Below, in pieces: positions 12,959 through 24,900 of a stretch of DNA of 64,000 bases. Position 1 is the first letter of the stretch. Each line of letters opens with the position of its first letter. Below the pieces are notes generated by a model. The model was not told where the DNA came from and did not search any database. It saw nothing but the letters and a program-made list of their open reading frames with translations. Position numbers and translations under genes: made by a program. Origin of the DNA: Macrostomum lignano (Eukaryota); contig NIVC01000669.1 in the NCBI GenBank assembly GCA_002269645.1, positions 74,207-138,206 on the forward strand, given 5' to 3'.

Positions 12959-13873
12959 ATTGTGTGCGTGCTTTCAGCTTGATTGGCTGCGGCAAGCAAG
13001 CTCGAAAGAGCTCGCTTCGCTCGCTCTTTCTCGCTATCTACCATCTATTGCCAGGACCTGCACCGGAGCGGTTACGAAAATTAGATTTCTCGGTAGTTGC
13101 ACGTACTCTTTTGCACTACTTGAGTAGTCTGATTTTCGTTCGGCATGGCTGGTTCCAGCAGGTAGTTCCTCTGGATAAAAGCGCTTACCGCGCCCATTGG
13201 CTTTCCAGCTGCCTTAATCGTTTCCGGTGATCTTGTGTGCGTGCTTTCAGCTTGATTGGCTGCGGCAAGCAAGCTCGAAAGAGCTCGCTTCGCTCGCTCT
13301 TTCTCGCTATCTACTATATATCTATCTATCTATCTATCTATCTATCTACTTATCTATCTATCTTATCTATCTACTTATCTCTCTATCTATCTATCTATCT
13401 TATCTATCTATCGATCTATATATCTCTCTATCTATCTACCTATCTATCTATCTATCGATCTATCTTATCTATCTATCTATCGATCTATATATCTCTCTAT
13501 CTATCTACCTATCTATCTATCTATCGATCTATATATCTATCTATCTATCTATCTATCTTATCTATCTATCTATCGATCTATATATCTCTCTATCTATTTA
13601 TCTCTGTATCTATCCATCTGAACAAGAAAAAGAATCAATTCCTCACCGTTGAGACTTTCGTTAGAGTTTTCTTCGTAATCGCGCTAGCCCAAATATCCGT
13701 TGCCTTGACGACGCCTCGAAATAGAAGTGAGAGTTAATTATCATTATTAATGCTGAGTTGAGATGATGATGAGATTATAGATTACACTAATAAATGAAGC
13801 TTTTACCTTTACTAGTAAAGCCTTTAGCAATAGCCTGGGCCATGCGGCCCGCGCCAATGAACCCAACTCGCAT
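10069..13873 (-). CDS. PYCR: Pyrroline-5-carboxylate reductase, paralog B, 266 aa; exons 13873-13807, 13714-13647, 12752-12304, 10285-10069
   Basis: [19 protein letters not shown] start; exon lengths 67+68+449+217=801 nt, in frame; GT-AG introns; SGSGPAF and SPGGTT motifs. Confidence 0.93.
10385..11417. repeat. 44-bp minisatellite, ~23 copies (PYCR-B intron 3)
   Basis: Unit CCAGATAGCCCTTTATGGCTAACAGCTTCTGGGGCTCATGCTTT. Confidence 0.97.
11723..12077 (+). mobile_element. tRNA-derived SINE, family A, copy 2
   Basis: GGGGGGGCGTAGCTCAGCGGTAGCGC head, B box GGCTCGATTCC, 14-bp TSD AAGTCTTCAATAGC (11709-11722, 12078-12091). Confidence 0.92.
12822..13618. repeat. (CTAT)n microsatellite interrupted by a 353-bp element with 80-bp direct terminal repeats (12961-13313)
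   Basis: (CTAT)n at 12822-12960 and 13314-13618. Identical 80-bp repeats TGTGTGCGTGCTTTCAGC...CTCGCTATCTA at 12961-13040 and 13234-13313. Lies in PYCR-B intron 2. Confidence 0.9.
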
Positions 13874-14289
13874 AGCGTGGCTGGCAGCTGAGTCAGCAAA
13901 CAGTTGCTCAATAGGAAATGTCAGGCTTGCTACTTAATTGCTACTAATTATTTAATTGCTATCATCGGTCACGCGCCAACCACATGCGCGGCGCTGGAAT
14001 ATTAATTATTATTAAAGAGAACTTTGATCTGTGCAATACGAATTCGCGGTGCAATAAAAACACTTTGAACTGTGCTCCATATCTGTTTATTCTGTTAGAC
14101 AACTTAAGAGATACAAGTGAAAAATAATAATAGCAAACTGGTTATAGTGGTGATCATGAACCAATAAATAGTCTAAATTAAATTAGAGCTTCATATATTA
14201 TAGATACTACTCAATAAACAATTTTTTTGGTAATAACTGCGTTTACAGCAGTACAGGCTATGAAGAGGCACACTGTCACCAACTGAAGC

Positions 14290-14965
14290 GTTGGGAAGTA
14301 GCGGCACCCTTTGAAGTACTTAGGGGTAGCGGCACTCTTTGAAGTATTGAGGGGTAGCGGCACCCTTTGAAGTATTGAGGGGTAGCGGCACACTTTGAAG
14401 TATTGAGGGGTAGCGGCACACTTTGAAGTATTGAGGGGTAGCGGCACACTTTGAAGTACTGAGGGGTAACGGCACACTTTGAAGTATTGAGGGGTAGCGG
14501 CACTCTTTGAAGCACTGAGGGGTAGCGGCACACTTTGAAGTATTGAGGGGTAGCGGCACACTTTGAAGTATTGAGGGGTAGCGGCACACTTTGAAGTATT
14601 GAGGGGTAGCGGCACACTTTGAAGTATTGAGGGGTAGCGGCACACTTTGAAGTATTGAGGGGTAGCGGCACTCTTTGAAGCACTGAGGGGTAGCGGCACA
14701 CTTTGAAGTATTGAGGGGTAGCGGCACACTTTGAAGTATTGAGGGGTAGCGGCACACTTTGAAGTATTGAGGGGTAGCGGCACACTTTGAAGTATTGAGG
14801 GGTAGCGGCACACTTTGAAGTATGAGGGGTAGCGGCACACTTTGAAGTATTGAGGGGTAGCGGCACACTTTGAAGTATTGAGGGGTAGCGGCACTCTTTG
14901 AATCACTGAGGGGTAGCGGCACACTTTGAAGCACTGATGGGTAGCGGCACCCTTTGAAGCATTGA
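14290..14965. repeat. 28-bp minisatellite, ~24 copies
   Basis: Unit GAAGTATTGAGGGGTAGCGGCACACTTT. Confidence 0.96.
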
Positions 14966-15944
14966 GCTATGCAACCCTCTGCTACAATCATGCGATTCAA
15001 AACATCATGCAATTCGAGCTAAAGCCGTCAAAGCATTGACGTCAAGGAGTGTGAACATTACCTCTAAATTGACAGTTCAATTTTCTACTAGAGAACACTT
15101 GACTAAGCTTTAGTAAAGTGATGAAAAAAAGAGACAAAAGAATAACAATTCAGCTCAGTGAAAGTTGCGGAGTTCCACAAATGTTGATCTTTAGTTAGCA
15201 TTTATATACTAAAGCGACGGCTATAAAGAAGTGTTATTAGTGAAAGACTAATCTTGTTTTCTATTATTGAAAGTTATTGACAATAACAGCGGCATATTAC
15301 GGGCTAAAACAATCAATATAACTTTATATTGCACAGTTGAAAGATTTCAAATTCAAAGTAAAAATAATCAAGTAAAATTGCACAAAATGTCATGGAAAAA
15401 ACTATTGTAATGAAAAGCCTCATAAAAAATAATGTTGGTCATTGCTCGGATTTTGTAAATTAAAATCAAGTTTGATCAGAATTAAAGTACAAAGTGGCAC
15501 ATCAATTAACAGCCATGGAAGGCAGCAAATATTGGGCTTAACAAATTAGAAATCAAAAAGACGAAAAATCCAAATCTCGAATATAAAATCAACTAAAACA
15601 AGTGTTGAAACCGAATGTCACGTTAAAAATAGAAAACATACTGTTTTAGAAACATATAACGGGAACGTTGTTTTATTGCAAACAAATGCGACAATACTAG
15701 TCAACTTATCTAATGGAAACAGCCCGCCAGACTATAAAAGATGGCGGCTAGATGAAACACATCACAGCTACTCTCTATTCAGTTAGTAGCAAGTAAAGAA
15801 TGTAGCGACTATTTTATGTGAGAATATACATACTACTGAATAAAAAGTAGCTTAATAATGGTCCATCCACTAGATTATGCATAATATCTTTGATTTAGAC
15901 GCACGCGAATGGAAGACACAATAAATAATGAATATAGTTACATC

Positions 15945-18900
15945 TCAGTTAATAGTGCAAACCGGGCTCTCCTTATCGTCTACCGGCTTCACCGGATCAT
16001 TGATGCCCGAGCCCAGTTCGGCCGATCGCTTAGCTGACGTCATCACCGCCTGCCACAGGGCGGCCCTGAAGCCGCGAGCCTCCAGCTCCGATAGGCCGGC
16101 AATGGTGGTGCCGCCCGGACTGGTGATGGCGTCACGGAGCTCGGCCGGACTCTGGCCGGACTGCAGAGCCAGCAGGCCGGCGCCGTGGACAGTCTGGCAG
16201 ACCAGGCGCTGCGCCAGGGAGCTGCGGTTGATTTTTTTGTCGATTGCAATGATGACGAATGGGAAGCTGATCCATGGGCAATGGAATACTGACATCTACC
16301 ATAAGTCAGGTTATCCCCCAAGTTGTATGCAGTTAAAGTATATTGTCTTTCTTAGTTCCATAGTGAGAGGGACGGTCTTAATGGTTAATGAAAATTGAGC
16401 CGGAGTACTCAGATTCTATTCCGTGCACAAGGCAGGCCCAAGATAAAGGCACTGCGTGTGTACACCTGTGGATGCAGTTGGCGTCACAGGGCCCCAGCTT
16501 AGGCTGGTTAGGAGAAAGTGGAGAAATATGACTCAAGTAGAGTTGGATTAAGGCTGCCACTTGTTGACCACCTGTTTTCGCCTTTTCGGGGTGGAAAATT
16601 TAAATGTGTTGCGGTGTGTAGTTTCCTACTCACTGACTTTGATAGGGTGCTTTCATATCTCCGACAATTCATATTTACGAGAAGCTTAGCAATGGACTTC
16701 ATATCTCCAAATAGCTTAACCCTAATCCAAAGCCTAACCCTAACGAAGATGTCAAGTGTCAGAGATGTGAAGTGTCGGAGATATGAAGTGTCTGAAATGT
16801 AAAGTGTCTGAAATGTAAAGTGTCGGAGATATGAAGTGTCTGAAATGTAAAGTGTCTGAAATGTAAAGTGTCGGAGATATGAAGTGTCTGAGATGTAAAG
16901 TGTCAGAGATGTAAAGTGTCAGAGATGTGAAGTGTCTGAGATGTAGTGTCAGAGATGTAAAGTGTCAGAGATGTAAAGTGTCAGAGATGTAAAGTGTCAG
17001 AGATGTAAAGTGTCAGAGATGTAAAGTGTCTGAGATGTAGTGTCAGAGATGTAAAGTGTCAGAGATGTAGTGTCGGAGATGTAAAGTGTCGGAGATATGA
17101 AGTGTCTGAGATGTAAAGTGTCTGAGATATGAAGTGTCTGAGATGTAAAGTGTCTGAGATGTAAAGTGTCTGAGATGTAAAGTGTCAGAGATGTAGTGTC
17201 AGAGATGTAAAGTGTCAGAGATGTAAAGTGTCAGAGATGTAAAGTGTCTGAGATGTAAAGTGTCAGAGATGTAGTGTCAGAGATGTAAAGTGTCAGAGAT
17301 GTAAAGTGTCAGAGATGTAGTGTCAGAGATGTAAAGTGTCAGAGATGTAGTGTCAGAGATGTAAAGTGTCAGAGATGTAAAGTGTCGGAGATATAAAGTG
17401 TCGGAGATATGAAGTGTCTGAGATGTAAAGTGTCAGAGATGTAGTGTCAGAGATGTAAAGTGTCAGAGATGTAAAGTGTCAGAGATGTAAAGTGTCAGAG
17501 ATGTAAAGTGTCAGAGATGTAAAGTGTCAGAGATGTAGTGTCAGAGATGTAAAGTGTCAGAGATGTAAAGTGTCTGAGATGTAAAGTGTCAGAGATGTAG
17601 TGTCAGAGATGTAAAGTGTCAGAGATGTAAAGTGTCGGAGATGTAGTGTCAGAGATGTAAAGTGTCTGAGATGTAGTGTCAGAGATGTAAAGTGTCTGAG
17701 ATGTAGTGTCAGAGATGTAAAGTGTCAGAGATGTAGTGTCAGAGATGTAAAGTGTCAGAGATGTAGTGTCAGAGATGTAAAGTGTCTGAGATGTAGTGTC
17801 GGAGATGTAAAGTGTCGGAGATATGAAGTGTCTGAGATGTAAAGTGTCAGAGATGTAGTGTCAGAGATGTAAAGTGTCGGAGATGTAGTGTCAGAGATGT
17901 AAAGTGTCAGAGATGTAGTGTCAGAGATGTAGTGTCAGAGATGTAAAGTGTCAGAGATGTAGTGTCAGAGATGTAAAGTGTCAGAGATGTAAAGTGTCAG
18001 AGATGTAAAGTGTCAGAGATGTAAAGTGTCAGAGATGTAAAGTGTCTGAGATGTAAAGTGTCAGAGATGTAGTGTCAGAGATGTAAAGTGTCAGAGATGT
18101 AAAGTGTCAGAGATGTAAAGTGTCAGAGATGTAAAGTGTCAGAGATGTAGTGTCAGAGATGTAAAGTGTCAGAGATGTAAAGTGTCGGAGATACGAAGTG
18201 TCTGAGGTGTAAAGTGTCAGAGATGTAGTGTCAGAGATGTAAAGTGTCAGAGATGTAAAGTGTCAGAGATGTAAAGTGTCAGAGATGTAAAGTGTCAGAG
18301 ATGTAAAGTGTCAGAGATGTAGTGTCAGAGATGTAAAGTGTCGGAGATGTAAAGTGTCTGAGATGTAAAGTCAGAGATGTAAAGTGTCGGAGATGTAGTG
18401 TCAGAGATGTAAAGTGTCAGAGATGTAGTGTCAGAGATGTAAAGTGTCAGAGATGTAGTGTCAGAGATGTAAAGTGTCAGAGATGTAAAGTGTCGGAGAT
18501 GTAAAGTGTCAGAGATGTAAAGTGTCAGAGATGTAAAGTGTCGGAGATGTAGTGTCAGAGATGTAAAGTGTCAGAGATGTAAAGTGTCTGAGATGTAAAG
18601 TGTCAGAGATGTAAAGTGTCAGAGATGTAAAGTGTCAGAGATGTAGTGTCAGAGATGTAAAGTGTCAGAGATGTAGTGTCAGAGATGTAAAGTGTCAGAG
18701 ATGTAGTGTCAGAGATGTAAAGTGTCAGAGATGTAAAGTGTCAGAGATGTAGTGTCAGAGATGTAAAGTGTCAGAGATGTAAAGTGTCAGAGATGTAAAG
18801 TGTCAGAGATGTAAAGTGTCTGAGATGTAAAGTGTCAGAGATGTAGTGTCAGAGATGTAAAGTGTCAGAGATGTAAAGTGTCAGAGATGTAAAGTGTCAG

Positions 18901-21900
18901 AGATGTAGTGTCAGAGATGTAGTGTCAGAGATGTAAAGTGTCAGAGATGTAGTGTCAGAGATGTAAAGTGTCAGAGATGTAAAGTGTCGGAGATACGAAG
19001 TGTCTGAGGTGTAAAGTGTCAGAGATGTAGTGTCAGAGATGTAAAGTGTCAGAGATGTAAAGTGTCTGAGATGTAAAGTGTCAGAGATGTAAAGTGTCAG
19101 AGATGTAGTGTCAGAGATGTAAAGTGTCAGAGATGTAAAGTGTCAGAGATGTAAAGTGTCGGAGATGTAGTGTCAGAGATGTAAAGTGTCAGAGATGTAG
19201 TGTCAGAGATGTAAAGTGTCAGAGATGTAAAGTGTCAGAGATGTGAAGTGTCTGAGATGTAGTGTCAGAGATGTAAAGTGTCAGAGATGTAAAGTGTCAG
19301 AGATGTAAAGTGTCGGAGATGTAAAGTGTCAGAGATGTAAAGTGTCAGAGATGTAAAGTGTCTGAGATGTAGTGTCAGAGATGTAAAGTGTCAGAGATGT
19401 AGTGTCGGAGATGTAAAGTGTCGGAGATATGAAGTGTCTGAGATGTAAAGTGTCTGAGATATGAAGTGTCTGAGATGTAAAGTGTCTGAGATGTAAAGTG
19501 TCTGAGATGTAAAGTGTCAGAGATGTAGTGTCAGAGATGTAAAGTGTCAGAGATGTAAAGTGTCAGAGATGTAAAGTGTCTGAGATGTAAAGTGTCAGAG
19601 ATGTAGTGTCAGAGATGTAAAGTGTCAGAGATGTAAAGTGTCAGAGATGTAGTGTCAGAGATGTAAAGTGTCAGAGATGTAGTGTCAGAGATGTAAAGTG
19701 TCAGAGATGTAAAGTGTCGGAGATATAAAGTGTCGGAGATATGAAGTGTCTGAGATGTAAAGTGTCAGAGATGTAGTGTCAGAGATGTAAAGTGTCAGAG
19801 ATGTAAAGTGTCAGAGATGTAAAGTGTCAGAGATGTAAAGTGTCAGAGATGTAAAGTGTCAGAGATGTAGTGTCAGAGATGTAAAGTGTCAGAGATGTAA
19901 AGTGTCTGAGATGTAAAGTGTCAGAGATGTAGTGTCAGAGATGTAAAGTGTCAGAGATGTAAAGTGTCGGAGATGTAGTGTCAGAGATGTAAAGTGTCTG
20001 AGATGTAGTGTCAGAGATGTAAAGTGTCTGAGATGTAGTGTCAGAGATGTAAAGTGTCAGAGATGTAGTGTCAGAGATGTAAAGTGTCAGAGATGTAGTG
20101 TCAGAGATGTAAAGTGTCTGAGATGTAGTGTCGGAGATGTAAAGTGTCGGAGATATGAAGTGTCTGAGATGTAAAGTGTCAGAGATGTAGTGTCAGAGAT
20201 GTAAAGTGTCGGAGATGTAGTGTCAGAGATGTAAAGTGTCAGAGATGTAGTGTCAGAGATGTAGTGTCAGAGATGTAAAGTGTCAGAGATGTAGTGTCAG
20301 AGATGTAAAGTGTCAGAGATGTAAAGTGTCAGAGATGTAAAGTGTCAGAGATGTAAAGTGTCTGAGATGTAAAGTGTCAGAGATGTAGTGTCAGAGATGT
20401 AAAGTGTCAGAGATGTAAAGTGTCAGAGATGTAAAGTGTCAGAGATGTAAAGTGTCAGAGATGTAGTGTCAGAGATGTAAAGTGTCAGAGATGTAAAGTG
20501 TCGGAGATACGAAGTGTCTGAGGTGTAAAGTGTCAGAGATGTAGTGTCAGAGATGTAAAGTGTCAGAGATGTAAAGTGTCAGAGATGTAAAGTGTCAGAG
20601 ATGTAAAGTGTCAGAGATGTAAAGTGTCAGAGATGTAGTGTCAGAGATGTAAAGTGTCGGAGATGTAAAGTGTCTGAGATGTAAAGTCAGAGATGTAAAG
20701 TGTCGGAGATGTAGTGTCAGAGATGTAAAGTGTCAGAGATGTAGTGTCAGAGATGTAAAGTGTCAGAGATGTAGTGTCAGAGATGTAAAGTGTCAGAGAT
20801 GTAAAGTGTCGGAGATGTAAAGTGTCAGAGATGTAAAGTGTCAGAGATGTAAAGTGTCGGAGATGTAGTGTCAGAGATGTAAAGTGTCAGAGATGTAAAG
20901 TGTCTGAGATGTAAAGTGTCAGAGATGTAAAGTGTCAGAGATGTAAAGTGTCAGAGATGTAGTGTCAGAGATGTAAAGTGTCAGAGATGTAGTGTCAGAG
21001 ATGTAAAGTGTCAGAGATGTAGTGTCAGAGATGTAAAGTGTCAGAGATGTAAAGTGTCAGAGATGTAGTGTCAGAGATGTAAAGTGTCAGAGATGTAAAG
21101 TGTCAGAGATGTAAAGTGTCAGAGATGTAAAGTGTCTGAGATGTAAAGTGTCAGAGATGTAGTGTCAGAGATGTAAAGTGTCAGAGATGTAAAGTGTCAG
21201 AGATGTAAAGTGTCAGAGATGTAGTGTCAGAGATGTAGTGTCAGAGATGTAAAGTGTCAGAGATGTAGTGTCAGAGATGTAAAGTGTCAGAGATGTAAAG
21301 TGTCGGAGATACGAAGTGTCTGAGGTGTAAAGTGTCAGAGATGTAGTGTCAGAGATGTAAAGTGTCAGAGATGTAAAGTGTCTGAGATGTAAAGTGTCAG
21401 AGATGTAAAGTGTCAGAGATGTAAAGTGTCAGAGATGTAAAGTGTCAGAGATGTAAAGTGTCGGAGATGTAGTGTCAGAGATGTAAAGTGTCAGAGATGT
21501 AGTGTCAGAGATGTAAAGTGTCAGAGATGTAAAGTGTCAGAGATGTGAAGTGTCTGAGATGTAGTGTCAGAGATGTAAAGTGTCAGAGATGTAAAGTGTC
21601 AGAGATGTAAAGTGTCGGAGATGTAAAGTGTCAGAGATGTAAAGTGTCAGAGATGTAAAGTGTCTGAGATGTAGTGTCAGAGATGTAAAGTGTCAGAGAT
21701 GTAGTGTCGGAGATGTAAAGTGTCGGAGATATGAAGTGTCTGAGATGTAAAGTGTCTGAGATATGAAGTGTCTGAGATGTAAAGTGTCTGAGATGTAAAG
21801 TGTCTGAGATGTAAAGTGTCAGAGATGTAGTGTCAGAGATGTAAAGTGTCAGAGATGTAAAGTGTCAGAGATGTAAAGTGTCTGAGATGTAAAGTGTCAG

Positions 21901-24900
21901 AGATGTAGTGTCAGAGATGTAAAGTGTCAGAGATGTAAAGTGTCAGAGATGTAGTGTCAGAGATGTAAAGTGTCAGAGATGTAGTGTCAGAGATGTAAAG
22001 TGTCAGAGATGTAAAGTGTCGGAGATATAAAGTGTCGAGATATGAAGTGTCTGAGATGTAAAGTGTCAGAGATGTAGTGTCAGAGATGTAAAGTGTCAGA
22101 GATGTAAAGTGTCAGAGATGTAAAGTGTCAGAGATGTAAAGTGTCAGAGATGTAAAGTGTCAGAGATGTAGTGTCAGAGATGTAAAGTGTCAGAGATGTA
22201 AAGTGTCTGAGATGTAAAGTGTCAGAGATGTAGTGTCAGAGATGTAAAGTGTCAGAGATGTAAAGTGTCGGAGATGTAGTGTCAGAGATGTAAAGTGTCT
22301 GAGATGTAGTGTCAGAGATGTAAAGTGTCTGAGATGTAGTGTCAGAGATGTAAAGTGTCAGAGATGTAGTGTCAGAGATGTAAAGTGTCAGAGATGTAGT
22401 GTCAGAGATGTAAAGTGTCTGAGATGTAGTGTCGGAGATGTAAAGTGTCGAGATATGAAGTGTCTGAGATGTAAAGTGTCAGAGATGTAGTGTCAGAGAT
22501 GTAAAGTGTCGGAGATGTAGTGTCAGAGATGTAAAGTGTCAGAGATGTAGTGTCAGAGATGTAGTGTCAGAGATGTAAAGTGTCAGAGATGTAGTGTCAG
22601 AGATGTAAAGTGTCAGAGATGTAAAGTGTCAGAGATGTAAAGTGTCAGAGATGTAAAGTGTCTGAGATGTAAAGTGTCAGAGATGTAGTGTCAGAGATGT
22701 AAAGTGTCAGAGATGTAAAGTGTCAGAGATGTAAAGTGTCAGAGATGTAAAGTGTCAGAGATGTAGTGTCAGAGATGTAAAGTGTCAGAGATGTAAAGTG
22801 TCGAGATACGAAGTGTCTGAGGTGTAAAGTGTCAGAGATGTAGTGTCAGAGATGTAAAGTGTCAGAGATGTAAAGTGTCAGAGATGTAAAGTGTCAGAGA
22901 TGTAAAGTGTCAGAGATGTAAAGTGTCAGAGATGTAGTGTCAGAGATGTAAAGTGTCAGAGATGTAAAGTGTCTGAGATGTAAAGTCAGAGATGTAAAGT
23001 GTCAGAGATGTAGTGTCAGAGATGTAAAGTGTCAGAGATGTAGTGTCAGAGATGTAAAGTGTCAGAGATGTAGTGTCAGAGATGTAAAGTGTCAGAGATG
23101 TAAAGTGTCGGAGATGTAAAGTGTCAGAGATGTAAAGTGTCAGAGATGTAAAGTGTCGAGATGTAGTGTCAGAGATGTAAAGTGTCAGAGATGTAAAGTG
23201 TCTGAGATGTAAAGTGTCAGAGATGTAAAGTGTCAGAGATGTAAAGTGTCAGAGATGTAGTGTCAGAGATGTAAAGTGTCAGAGATGTAGTGTCAGAGAT
23301 GTAAAGTGTCAGAGATGTAGTGTCAGAGATGTAAAGTGTCAGAGATGTAAAGTGTCAGAGATGTAGTGTCAGAGATGTAAAGTGTCAGAGATGTAAAGTG
23401 TCAGAGATGTAAAGTGTCAGAGATGTAAAGTGTCTGAGATGTAAAGTGTCAGAGATGTAGTGTCAGAGATGTAAAGTGTCAGAGATGTAAAGTGTCAGAG
23501 ATGTAAAGTGTCAGAGATGTAGTGTCAGAGATGTAGTGTCAGAGATGTAAAGTGTCAGAGATGTAGTGTCAGAGATGTAAAGTGTCAGAGATGTAAAGTG
23601 TCGGAGATACGAAGTGTCTGAGGTGTAAAGTGTCAGAGATGTAGTGTCAGAGATGTAAAGTGTCAGAGATGTAAAGTGTCTGAGATGTAAAGTGTCAGAG
23701 ATGTAAAGTGTCAGAGATGTAGTGTCAGAGATGTAAAGTGTCAGAGATGTAAAGTGTCAGAGATGTAAAGTGTCGGAGATGTAGTGTCAGAGATGTAAAG
23801 TGTCTGAGATGTAAAGTGTCAGAGATGTAAAGTGTCAGAGATGTAGTGTCAGAGATGTAAAGTGTCAGAGATGTAAAGTGTCAGAGATGTAAAGTGTCTG
23901 AAATGTAAAGTGTCTGAGATGTAAAGTGTCAGAGATGTAAAGTGTCAGAGATGTAAAGTGTCAGAGATGTAAAGTGTCGGAGATGTAAAGTGTCAGAGAT
24001 GTAAAGTGTCGGAGATGTAAAGTGTCTGAGATGTAAAGTGTCAGAGATGTAGTGTCAGAGATGTAAAGTGTCAGAGATGTAAAGTGTCAGAGATGTAAAG
24101 TGTCAGAGATGTAGTGTCAGAGATGTAGTGTCAGAGATGTAAAGTGTCAGAGATGTAGTGTCAGAGATGTAAAGTGTCAGAGATGTAAAGTGTCGGAGAT
24201 ACGAAGTGTCTGAGGTGTAAAGTGTCAGAGATGTAGTGTCAGAGATGTAAAGTGTCAGAGATGTAAAGTGTCAGAGATGTAAAGTGTCAGAGATGTAAAG
24301 TGTCAGAGATGTAAAGTGTCAGAGATGTAAAGTGTCAGAGATGTAAAGTGTCAGAGATGTAAAGTGTCGGAGATGTAAAGTGTCTGAGATGTAAAGTGTC
24401 AGAGATGTAAAGTGTCAGAGATGTAAAGTGTCTGAGATGTAAAGTGTCAGAGATGTAAAGTGTCAGAGATGTAGTGTCAGAGATGTAAAGTGTCAGAGAT
24501 GTAAAGTGTCAGAGATGTAAAGTGTCGGAGATGTAGTGTCAGAGATGTAAAGTGTCAGAGATGTAGTGTCAGAGATGGAAAGTGTCAGAGATGTAAAGTG
24601 TCGGAGATACGAAGTGTCTGAGGTGTAAAGTGTCAGAGATGTAGTGTCAGAGATGTAAAGTGTCAGAGATGTATAAAGTGTCAGAGATGTAAAGTGTCAG
24701 AGATGTAAAGTGTCAGAGATGTAAAGTGTCAGAGATGTAAAGTGTCAGAGATGTAGTGTCAGAGATGTAAAGTGTCGGAGATGTAAAGTGTCTGAGATGT
24801 AAAGTCAGAGATGTAAAGTGTCAGAGATGTAGTGTCAGAGATGTAAAGTGTCAGAGATGTAGTGTCAGAGATGTAAAGTGTCAGAGATGTAGTGTCAGAG

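Noticed and set aside
14211-15012. Cys-rich repeat ORFs (KCAATPQYFKVCRYP)
   Set aside because: Translation of the 28-bp minisatellite in three frames.
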